Below are positions 25,447 through 34,964 of a stretch of 44,780 nucleotides of DNA, one piece after another. Source of the DNA: Catajapyx aquilonaris (taxonomy: Eukaryota); the NCBI GenBank assembly GCA_000934665.2, contig KZ538967.1, positions 1-44,780 of the forward strand, in the 5' to 3' direction. Each line of letters begins with the position of its first letter. The stretch's first letter is position 1. A program made the position numbers and the translations under genes. The notes beneath the pieces are model-generated. The model worked only from the letters and a program-made list of their open reading frames with translations, searched no databases and was not told the DNA's origin.

Positions 25447-26027
25447 GTAGGGGTAATAGGTGATATAGGCGAGAGAGCCATCTCTGGGTATTTTCTCGCA
25501 CTAATACGAGCGGCGGCCATATTGTAGAAAAAGAAAATTATTCCCAGTACAGAGTTAAGCCGTGGTTTCCAGCCTTTTACCAACTGCCACTCCCTAAACA
25601 TGTTTCCATAAATGTGCAACCCCCCTTCCTCCCACTCCTCGCTCTCCAGAAAACATACTACACTCGTCTGTACGGTGTCAAAAATTGTTCAATTGACACA
25701 GAAGAGGCACGGAAAAAAATTGATGATTTTGGCACCTAGTTGGTTTTTTTTTCCATTTTCGCCCAACAAAATAATTACTTTTACGGCGAGTGGAAGTGAA
25801 CGAAAAACGGCGTTTGCGAATGTGAATTTGATTAACATGGCGGAAGGAATGCGAGATAATAATCGGACACATTTCTGATGAGGTCGTGTGTCCACAATAA
25901 TGCAATCGTGTAGAGCAGCCCACGGACACTACCCCTATCTTCTGGGCTTATCACCTGCCGAGGGGTTTTGCAGCGGGTGCTCACCTGAGACCGCCACGAG
26001 ACATTTCCCAGAGCATTTATGTGGCCG

Positions 26028-26081
26028 GACCCTACCGGACTAAGGCTGAACTTTAAAGTTCAGCCTTAGTCCGGTAGGGTC
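26028..26081. repeat. perfect 54-bp palindrome, no spacer
   Basis: GACCCTACCGGACTAAGGCTGAACTTT|AAAGTTCAGCCTTAGTCCGGTAGGGTC. Confidence 0.95.
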
Positions 26082-26096
26082 GCCAAATGCAGAACA

Positions 26097-26441
26097 TTTT
26101 TTTTTACGTTACCCCGTGCTAGGGCCATGGGTCCTTATAGGGGGGTGGTATACCACCATTTTCTTCAATTTTCTATTTTTTCTTCTTCACTCCGGTGCAA
26201 GGATGAAAGGACATGGGGAAGAGATAGGGGATTTTTGGGGAGGGAACATGGGTGCAAGGTGCACGTCTGAAAACGGGTCATGTGCTGTTCCCCAGGAGGT
26301 TAGGTTGCCAGACACCTCCTTGGTGCAGGTCAGAGACCCTCCCGACGCAGGTGAAAGGAAAGTTCCCCAGGCGGGGATCGAACCTGGGGCCTTTCACACA
26401 GCAAGCCGTGACGTTACCATCACGGCCACCACACCTCCCCA
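26097..26441 (-). mobile_element. tRNA-derived SINE (family 2)
   Basis: Minus-strand head with A-box-like TGGCCGTGATGG and B-box GGTTCGATCCCC; an A-rich tail appears as the T run at 26097-26105. Confidence 0.6.
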
Positions 26442-28078
26442 ANTCGAACCTTTTGCTGACTTTCCCCGTCAAGGCCTGTTTATGCCCTCGCGAAGTGAGC
26501 CCAGTTCGCGCGACCAGGGTGCTTTGGCAACGATAACGGTGCCCACCAGAGATAATGTCGGAACGAATCGAGCGCATGCGACCGTTTTTTTCCCCAAGGA
26601 GTCTTTTCCGCAAGAAGGCAGCGGATTCGTAACCTCTGCTGTGCCCCTGCTTCTCCTCCTTCCCCCATCTACCCACTCCCTCTGCCTATATTGGTCTGGT
26701 CACCCCGCTGAGAATTTTAAATATGACCAATCAGGGTCCGGGTGGAGCCTCCCCCCTTGCAACTCTCCGTGTTCATCTGGCCACTCCACACTACGTCACA
26801 ACTCCGGAACTCCCTGGGCACTCCATCTGGCCAATCAGAGCCTTCCCCGTAAAACCGACATCCAGCACAACCATGTCCCATAGTAACGGAAATTAATGTA
26901 AAAATTGCAATTTCTTAACATTTTTTGTAATCATTGTGCCAAAATTATAAAATGAGCATTTTTTGCCATGAATGCCATGCATTTCCTCTAAAACACTGTT
27001 AGTCATCCCATTAGACAGTGTATATTTAGATAACTCTGTTCATGGATCATTCTGGGACTGATTAGGGCCAATATTTGGCCCCATTGCGTACTTTCAAGGC
27101 GCACATGCGTTCCTTCAAATGCAATTATTTTCCTTAAATCAAAAAACTCCTCCAGAGATTTTTTTCTATGTCAGGGAAAGGGTCTGATCTACAACATATT
27201 TAAAAATCGGATTTTTAAATTAGGCGGATTTTTTTGTTAAAAAAATTTGAAATTTTGAAAATGGGACAAAATTTTCAAAAAAGTCAAAATACGAATTTTC
27301 AATCTTTCGTGAGATTGGGCTCTCGAATCTCTTCAAAGGGAGGGGTCTACGACGTCTGTAGCTCAATTGGTTCACGAGATATGACCGATTTCGGAAACCC
27401 TACCTTCCGAAAAGGACGTTTTTTTCGGTGGGCCTATCTCCGGGGAGGGGGGGTAAATCTCAAAACCGTGCAAATGGTAATTTTGAAAGACGTAATTAAA
27501 GCGATTCCCCGATTTTCGTCAAAATCTGACAACCCAAGGGTCAGGGGGCTCGGTGAATTGACATGGAATGACCCTAATGCAAAATCAGATATGTCCATTT
27601 TTGGCATTTTGGCGTTGTTAAAAGATGGATATATACAATTGTTTCTGCAATAATAATGGCAACCACGATAGCATACTGCTCATCTAGTTTCCAAGCAAAA
27701 TCGGATAATTCTTAATTCACATATAGCTGATTTTCATGCAAAATCAGATGTATCCATTTTTAACAATGCCCTACCTCCACAATCACCATACATCGAAGTA
27801 AAACAATTGTGTCTACATAATGGCAACCCCTATAGCATACTGCACATGACAACTTCACTCTCACTTTTGCCACCAGCATTGATGAATCACTTATTGGCTC
27901 CTCCTGAAAAGTTGCAAATTGTGGATTTATCTGGATTTGCTGGCAAGCTCCTCAATTACGTATGATCAAATCCATTTCCCTTCTGCCTGGTATATCCTGA
28001 GTAGTTGGCATGACCGCAAGACATCCAAGGGCCTCGGGCAAAGTCGCGATAACTGGTAAGTACTGTACCGGGGGGGGG

Positions 28079-28088
28079 NNNNNNNNNN
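28079..28088. other. assembly gap (10 N) inside a poly-G tract
   Basis: Ns in the sequence; single Ns also at 23499 and 26443. Confidence 0.98.
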
Positions 28089-28339
28089 GGGGGGGACAAG
28101 CGGGCGGCAGAAAGGATTAGGATTAAAACTATACTGATAATGCGACAATATTGTTTCGAAAATAGCATGGTCACATACCACAACAACTCTGCTTGAGTTC
28201 TTTTCCTAGCAACCTTAATTTTTATACGAGGGCGAATCAGAAAGTCATATATTGAAAACTTTTTTTAATTCAGAAGTTTTTGATCAATTTAAGGGGCGAT
28301 AGCCCCTAGTAAGACCGTATCATAGATTTCAACAATGAC

Positions 28340-30005
28340 GTAAAGGCCCAACATTTTGGCCAACAATTTTGTGCATTAATCATTAAAGGATTGCAGTTTG
28401 ATAAAGCATGGAGAAAATTATTGATGGATGGAGGCGCTTGCAAAACCTATTTGCAGATCGCTACAGCTATTGTAATTGAAACATATGAATGATTCATGTG
28501 ATTTCACACGACAGAATAAAGAACATCCTATGCAAATCGGCCTGGACAGGGCAATACAGTCAAGGTCAGCATAAGCGTGTGATGAAATGAATTCCTGTCA
28601 AGTGAATGAACTCCAGCCTAACTCACCTGTGATGAGCAAAAAATAGCGCCAGAATAAAATTGTGGGAAAGAATTTGCTAATCAGTTGTGCAAAGAAGTCA
28701 TTACAACCCAGTTTTATTCTCACCAATTCATAAATTGATTAAAGTGGATTTTTACTACGAAGTGCAGTACACATACATGGAACTAACATGATATGTAGTG
28801 GCGTGAAAAAAAAACACACACACACACCTTGGATGAAATTTGATAATTTGCTCAGATTCCTTGGTGCATCAGTTATGGATCACACCGTACTTTAAATTTA
28901 ATTGTATCTCATGAATTTATATAATTATCATAATTCATAAGCCTCTGCATCAGTCACAGTCAGGCATGAACAGGTATGAGCCAGTTTCAGTTCAACTTGG
29001 AAGCTCAATTACCCATTGGCAGCACTTGTCCACATGATCTTCGAATGTCATAGTAATTTTGAATCTTCAGCCTATAGTCTACAGTCATATCAGTAAAATT
29101 TAAAGGGTGAAATTTTTAATCATAGTAAAGTACAAATGCTTCTTCCTAAATTTTTTGCAATACCTTAGAAGTGCAAGCCAGTGGAACTGGAAGACTCATG
29201 TTAACCACTCTAGACTAACCTTCGCCCCAATTATTCCAATGACATTTACCATTTCAACCATCAAGACGTTCTGGAAATGGTCCCAAAATATAATTTCGCC
29301 TCTATTCTCATAATAGGCTTAGACACAGCACTAATGTGAATCATATTTAGGAACATATGTCACTGGTCTGCAATACGGTAGTCCCAATAGAGTACACCAC
29401 GCTAGTCCTGCCTAGATCCCGACCCTGCTAGTCCATGTTTCTGAATATTACCTGATATGACTCCAAGCAAATAGAGTACCATGCAATTTACAACATAGCC
29501 TGCAACAAATCAGCATTAGAAATAAAAACACAGATTGCATTAAAGATTATTCATCTTATTCCAAAAGAACTTGAAAAAGTTCCTTACAAAAAAGCCCTTT
29601 TGACTTGACAACTAATATTCTCACATTAAAAGCATGGGATCACTCATTCAACCATTACAAATGAACATTTATAATTACTCTGGAATAAGCCTCTCAAATT
29701 TAAGGGTCCCATGTTACTGTGGTGGTCTGCCATGATGAGATGAGCTGCCTCTGTGAGATGAGCCTCTGCCTCCTCTGCACCAACCACCTCTTTGTTGCTG
29801 CAGTGGACCACTGTCTAACCTTTTCTTCTTAGAGGCGATCTTTTCAGGGGGGAATTGAGCTGGAGGTAAGACTTGCACATACTTCCTCTTTCTGTTATGA
29901 ATAAGTTGTATGCCTCTCATGCCATGCAATGTAAACTGCATTTTATGCATCAGTGTTAGGACTGTCTCGCTCACCTGCCCAATTACTTCATGCATTTTGT
30001 CTTTC
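28340..30005. repeat. segmental duplication block, partner of 18782-20567; the 3' UTR portion also recurs at ~23964-24354 and ~34705-34965
   Basis: Shared TTATTCCAAAAGAA..TGAAAAAGTTCCTTACAAAA and CATTACAAATGAACA in all four copies. Confidence 0.92.
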
Positions 30006-31738
30006 ATTTTCAAGTGTTCATTCCTTTCCACTGCTCCCTGATACTCTTGGATGAGTGGCTCCCACTGATTCAGGTCCCTGCGAGCAAACAATTCATTGTA
30101 ATGAAACAGGGTGCTCCTGATGTCTTCCTCACTCAAGGGTCCCATGGTGAGTGCTTGAAAGGCCATGAGCAAAGCCTGCACATGCTCCTCTCCACCACTG
30201 AGGCCTGCGTGGCACATCACCACCAAGTTCAGCTGCCATTCGGTCATCTTGGCGGTTGCCCAGTGATCCTGCTTCCTGCTGTAATAGGTCTTGAGAGTCT
30301 CATACAAATACAGGGCCGACTCTGGCTGCTGCTTTGCGGACTCCATAAACCAGATGAGCTCATCGTTCAGGATCGCATGGAGTTTCAAATGATTTCGTTC
30401 ACTTTTTGGAATAGGTGACATGTGGACATCTCGGAGAAGTTCTTCAGGAAAAGCTGGAACTGCTATCAGGGAAGGCAACTGTGGGTTCGGACCATAATTA
30501 GTTTGCATTCTGCCACCACCACTTTTCATCATGGCGCTAGGTCCTGGAACTGATGAGCCAGCAGTTTGATCACTGCCTGCTTCTGCCTCCAAATCTTCAA
30601 GCTTATCCAACTTTACCAAGCCATCTTTTGGCACAGCCGCAACCCCCTGGTTCGCATCTGATGCAGTAGCTTCTGCTTCAGATGTCACAGGATTGCTGCT
30701 ACCTCCCTGGTGCTGCAGTGGACCACTCTCAATCCTGTTCTCGGTAGAAGAGTTGGCAATCGTTTCAGGTGGGATTCGAGCTGAAGGGAAGGCTCGATTG
30801 TACTTCCTATGTCGGTTTTGAACATGTTGTATGCCTTTCCTGCCACGCAATGCAAACTGCATTCTATGCATCAGTGTTAGGACTGTCTCGCTCACCTGCC
30901 CAATTACTTCATGCATTTTGTCTTTCATTTTCAAGTGTTCATTCCTTACCACTGCTCCCTGATACTCTTTCATGAGTGACTTCCACTTCTTCATGCTCCT
31001 GTGAGCAAACAATGCATTGTAATGACACAGGGTGCTCTTGATTGCTTTCTCGCTCAAGGGTCCCTTGGTGAGTGCTTGTAGGCTCATGAGCAAAGCCTGC
31101 ACATGCTCCTCTCCACCACTGAGGCCTGCATGGCACATCACCACCAAGTTCAGCTGCCATTGAGTCATCTTGGCGGTTACCCGTTTCTCCTTATGCCTCC
31201 TGTAATGGGTCTTGAGAGTCTCAAACAAATACAGGGCTGACTCTGGCTGCTTCTTTGTGGAGTCCATGAACCAGATGAGCTTGTCATTCAGGACCGTATG
31301 GTTTCGCAAATGATTTCGTTCACATTTTGGCATTGGAATAGGTGACATGTGGACATCTTGGAGAAGGACTTCAGGAAAAGCTGGAATTGCCATCAATGAG
31401 GGCAAATGTGGGTTCGGACAATAATTTGTTTGCGTTCTGCCACAACCACTTCCTGTCATGGTGCTAGGGCCTGGAACTGATGAGCCAGCAGTTTGATCAC
31501 TGCCTGGTTCTGTCTCCAAATCTTCAATCTTCCCTAACTTTACCAAGCCATCTTTTGGCACAGCTGCAACCCCTTGGTTCACATTGGATGTAGTGACTTC
31601 ACTCATGCTTGGCATGGCCCTTTGAGCCTCTTCTGCTGCATCCTTCCTGTGCTTTTCCATGATGACCACAGTTATACAGGGTGTAGGCTGTAATTTGGGA
31701 CATACATGTAGGGGTAATAGAGGGACCAACACAAGCAC
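29714..31738 (-). CDS. ZCCHC7 C-terminal-domain paralogue with two tandem domains (copy B); likely start 31660 (MEKHRKD, 648 aa) or spliced in at 31687
   Basis: 2-kb uninterrupted ORF containing the domain twice (~31312-30853 and ~30391-29935); no CCHC knuckles. Confidence 0.75.
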   Translation of the reverse strand: MLVLVPLLPLHVCPKLQPTPCITVVIMEKHRKDAAEEAQRAMPSMSEVTTSNVNQGVAAVPKDGLVKLGKIEDLETEPGSDQTAGSSVPGPSTMTGSGCGRTQTNYCPNPHLPSLMAIPAFPEVLLQDVHMSPIPMPKCERNHLRNHTVLNDKLIWFMDSTKKQPESALYLFETLKTHYRRHKEKRVTAKMTQWQLNLVVMCHAGLSGGEEHVQALLMSLQALTKGPLSEKAIKSTLCHYNALFAHRSMKKWKSLMKEYQGAVVRNEHLKMKDKMHEVIGQVSETVLTLMHRMQFALRGRKGIQHVQNRHRKYNRAFPSARIPPETIANSSTENRIESGPLQHQGGSSNPVTSEAEATASDANQGVAAVPKDGLVKLDKLEDLEAEAGSDQTAGSSVPGPSAMMKSGGGRMQTNYGPNPQLPSLIAVPAFPEELLRDVHMSPIPKSERNHLKLHAILNDELIWFMESAKQQPESALYLYETLKTYYSRKQDHWATAKMTEWQLNLVVMCHAGLSGGEEHVQALLMAFQALTMGPLSEEDIRSTLFHYNELFARRDLNQWEPLIQEYQGAVERNEHLKMKDKMHEVIGQVSETVLTLMHKMQFTLHGMRGIQLIHNRKRKYVQVLPPAQFPPEKIASKKKRLDSGPLQQQRGGWCRGGRGSSHRGSSSHHGRPPQ

Positions 31739-32208
31739 ATTTCATAAGGAACCCGTATCCAGACACGCCATCTAGAAGCGGTTAATAGATGAGGAATGGG
31801 TGTGCGCGCTCAGACCCATCAGGAGGGATGCGCTAGACAAGCGGACCATTTAGTTGCTATGGCCCGCGTGGAGAGTAAACAATGGTGCAATTTGCAATAA
31901 CCTGGCAACAACAGCTCCGTTGTTTACTATCGGCAGGCTACCTAGCAAGCGGGCTTTAGTTGCTAGGTGGGTCTGTTGTTGCCAGGTTATGCCGAATTGT
32001 GCAATTGTTTACTATCCGCACGCGCCCTAGCAACTAAACGGTCCGCTTGTCAAGCGCATCCCTCCTGATGGGTCTGAGCGCACCTGTTCCTCGTCTATGA
32101 ACCCCCTCTATATGGCATGTCTGGATATGGGTTCCTATGTGAAAAATACTTGTCTTGGTCCCCTCTATTAACCCAACAAGTCTTTACAGAGTTACAGGGA
32201 ACACCATG
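31677..32208. mobile_element. Tc1/mariner-type MITE with long internal inverted repeats (31711-32174, possibly a nested GGG-ended element)
   Basis: TA|CAGGGTGTAGGCTGTAA ... TTACAGGGAACACCATG|TA; internal GCGCTCAGACCCATCAGGAGGGATGCGCT (31806) versus AGCGCATCCCTCCTGATGGGTCTGAGCGC (32053). Confidence 0.75.
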
Positions 32209-32277
32209 TATAGTCAGAATCAAAAATTAATATGCCCTTTCCACACACGCAACACATGATTTCTCCAACTGACATAC

Positions 32278-32836
32278 CTTACTAGTGCTTTCTGTGGTCA
32301 GCTGAACAGGATTATGCACTTCGTCAGTGGCATCAGGTGCTTCTTCCCGTCTCGTAGCCTCCTGATGGGCTCCTTCAAGAATGGATGAATCATCATCAAA
32401 GCATGATGGGCTTTCTTCCTTCAAGGCCAACTTCCAGGTCTCCTCCATAGTAACAGATTCATCTCCCGCTTCTTTCATCTTCTCCTTCACTGCCAGGTCC
32501 TCATCCTCTGCGTCAAGCTCCTTCATCATTGTTATGATACATAGAAAAGTAGAGTATTTGGCATTACACATTTGGATGTGACACTCACACTCACCTTTTC
32601 TACCAAACCTACCTGACTATTGCTTTCACAGGTACGTTGTGAGGGGGTATCCACTTCACCAATTATGTCTGGCATAGTACCCTCTCCCACGCAGTCAACA
32701 ATGATGGTGTCATCACTGACGAGATATGGGGATTCCTGCTTCAATGGCTGCTCCTCTTTGACATCATCATCCTCCAGATCATCATCATCCTCTCCACCCA
32801 CCGCCGTCTTGATAGTCGGAATGAATGACATCCTCC
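32278..32836 (-). other. two related acidic exon-like segments (32836-32613 and ~32528-32278), orphan or pseudo-exons
   Basis: Both translate as acidic linkers sharing LK(Q/E)ESP...DD..I...EV..P.Q.T.ES.S(Q/K); acceptor tttttcaag at 32837, donors CAG|gtaggt and AAG|gtatgt; the second segment lacks a clean AG acceptor. Confidence 0.5.
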
Positions 32837-32880
32837 CTTGAAAAATAAAAAATAAACAGCAGGTCCCTGATAATTAATTA

Positions 32881-33178
32881 ACAATTTGATACCCCATTAT
32901 CAGCCTACCGGTATTTTCTAAGGGGGGATTTCTCCATTTTTTGGGGGGTCTGGAACTCTTCCATTTTTACTACTTTTTCTCATCGGAATGAAGCAGGGAT
33001 AGGGAAGGAAGGAAGCGGCTGTGGCCTATGATTACGGTAACGACCCCGAAATTATCCTGCAAGGACCATGGGAAACCACAGAAAACCATGGTCAGGGTCG
33101 CCGGCCTCCGGGATTCGAACCCAGGACCTCCCGATTAGCAGTCGGACACCCTATCCACTCCACCACTACTGCTTCGGT
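32881..33178 (-). mobile_element. tRNA-derived SINE (family 1) with 15-bp target-site duplication
   Basis: B-box GGTTCGAATCCC on the minus strand; body ...GGCCACAGCCGCTTCCTTCC; CCTGATAATTAATTA on both sides (32866-32880, 33179-33193); second copy at 34421-34601. Confidence 0.85.
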
Positions 33179-33224
33179 CCTGATAATTAATTACTAACAT
33201 AGGAGTGTGTCTAGCTTCAGAATA

Positions 33225-33381
33225 CAGTAAAACCTCATGTAACGCTCTTCAAGGGACCGCCCAAAAGTAGCGTCATAAGTGGGAGAGCATTATATGCAGG
33301 AAAATTTACCTTATGGATATGATCAAGCGATCAGAAGAAAGGGGCGTTAAAGCTGGAAAGCGTTATATGGAGGTTTTACTG
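33225..33381. mobile_element. pogo/Tc1-mariner-type MITE (157 bp)
   Basis: TA|CAGTAAAACCTCATGTAACGCT ... AGCGTTATATGGAGGTTTTACTG|TA. Confidence 0.85.
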
Positions 33382-33383
33382 TA

Positions 33384-34164
33384 CAGGGTGTTCCCTGTAA
33401 CTCTGTCAAGACTTGCAGCCTGGGTAATGAAATTCTCCCCGAAGCACGGCATGGTGCTGTTGTTTCTAATGTTGTTTACTAGCTGGATGCCCCCTGACAA
33501 TAGCCAGGGGGCATCCAGCTAGTAAACAACAGCCGGATTGCCTAGTGCACTCATGTGGATCTATTGTCACGAACCCCGTGGCAAAAAATTGGCTCAGACT
33601 ACCAGTGAATTCTATGCCTCTGATACACTGACTGTGCCAGTTTCAGGCAAATCCGAGAGAAACAACCCTCCGTTGTTAGTACACGCACGTGCATCCCATC
33701 CTGCGGTTTACACTTCTCTGCCGCCGCCCCAAGGTGAAGCTCCCGATGTCCAAAACCAGTAATACCTCGTCTCCACTAGAGCTCGCCGATCCGGCCCGCA
33801 ACGGCAACAAGGAACACCCTGACACTGTTCAGGTCTTCTTCAGGCAGGAGGTGGATCAACATGCAACAGCATGCTGTCTGCTGTCAACAGGACCGGCAGG
33901 AAACAGCCCACTGCTGCCAGGTGCTATCCCCTTGCTGTCGGCAAATAGAGATGTTGCCAGGTGAAGGTCTGGCACTTTCAAATCACGATGGCGCAAATCT
34001 GGACCTTGATCTGTACCATCTGGACGCTGAGATTTCTCATAGTGCAGTGTTTTAGTATTATGTAACCATACTAACAATATTATATGCAGTGACTTTACAA
34101 ACTTAAATAAATTTAATCACATGTAAAGTTAATTGCACTTCAAAAAAAATTCTGGAACACCACG
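33384..34164. mobile_element. Tc1/mariner-type non-autonomous element abutting the previous MITE; contains a 26-bp-arm hairpin at 33471-33530
   Basis: Left end TA|CAGGGTGTTCCCTGTAACTCTGTCAAGACTTG is the inverse of 32177-32208; weak right end GGAACACCACG|TA; hairpin GTTGTTTACTAGCTGGATGCCCCCTG-8nt-CAGGGGGCATCCAGCTAGTAAACAAC. Confidence 0.5.
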
Positions 34165-34420
34165 TAGCCTAGATGAATTTTTCGGCATTTTACATTCAAA
34201 AGGACCACCACGAGTTAAAATGATAAATATTGGAGCATATTGTTTTTCATTCATATCACTCCTACTACAAATTATCATCAAGAAACAAACCTAAAAAAAA
34301 TAAAAAATAAAAAAATAATAAAACCCATCAAAGGGTTAAAAACACTGGTCTGCAGTAGTTCCAGGGTAGACTTTATAATTGATATTAAGGAGGTTGGCCC
34401 AGCATTGCCTTTCAACCTCC

Positions 34421-34601
34421 AGGGATAGGGAAGGAAGGAAGCGGCTGTGGCCTATTATACGGAAGCGACCCCGGAATTATCCTAGAAAGACCATGGAAAA
34501 ACACAGAAAACCACAGTCAGGGCTGCCGGCCCCGGGATTCGAACCCAGGACCTCCCGATTAGCTGTCGGACGCCCTATCCACTATGCCAACCTGCTTCGG
34601 T
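34421..34601 (-). mobile_element. tRNA-derived SINE (family 1), second copy
   Basis: A-box TGGCATAGTGG and B-box GGTTCGAATCCC on the minus strand; collinear with 32996-33178. Confidence 0.85.
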
Positions 34602-34964
34602 TTCCAGGGTAAACTGTGTAATTTCACTTCAGTCCATCGAAAGCTATCCCCTTTGCTGGCTGAGTTAGCCTACGAATGAGTGTCTTTCTTACAATAGATC
34701 CAGATAGTCCATGTTTCTGAATGTGACCCCAAGCAAATAGCGTACCATGCCATTCACAACATAGCCTGCAACAGACTTGCATTACAAATAAAAACACATA
34801 TTACATTCAACATTATTCATCTTATTCCAAAAGAACTTGGAAAAAGTTCCTTACAAAAGTGCACTTTTGACTTGACAAGTAACATTCTCACTTTCAAGGC
34901 ATGGGGGGGATTACTCATTCAATCATTACAAATGAACACTTATAAATACACTGTGTCAGTCTTC

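Noticed and set aside
26116..26883. 255-aa ORF
   Set aside because: Runs through a SINE and other GC-rich repeat fragments, contains an N, and shows no recognisable motif.
27200..27575. Solo TIR-like end (TTGACATGGAATGACCC) and a 139-aa ORF
   Set aside because: Probably a DNA-transposon fragment, but no partner end or TSD was found; similar unpaired ends at ~28225 and ~40209 were also left uncalled.
24355..31738. Copies B and C as uncollapsed haplotypes of ZCCHC7
   Set aside because: They differ in structure, stop position, flanking insertions and many residues, more than expected for alleles; the N gap at 28079 still warrants a long-read check.
33538..34077. Cluster of short ORFs in GC-balanced sequence
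   Set aside because: Interrupted in all frames and inside a putative transposon; no identifiable transposase motif.
33060..34601. tRNA genes suggested by GGTTCGAATCCC
   Set aside because: No complete cloverleaf; followed by a shared SINE body, and one copy has a TSD.
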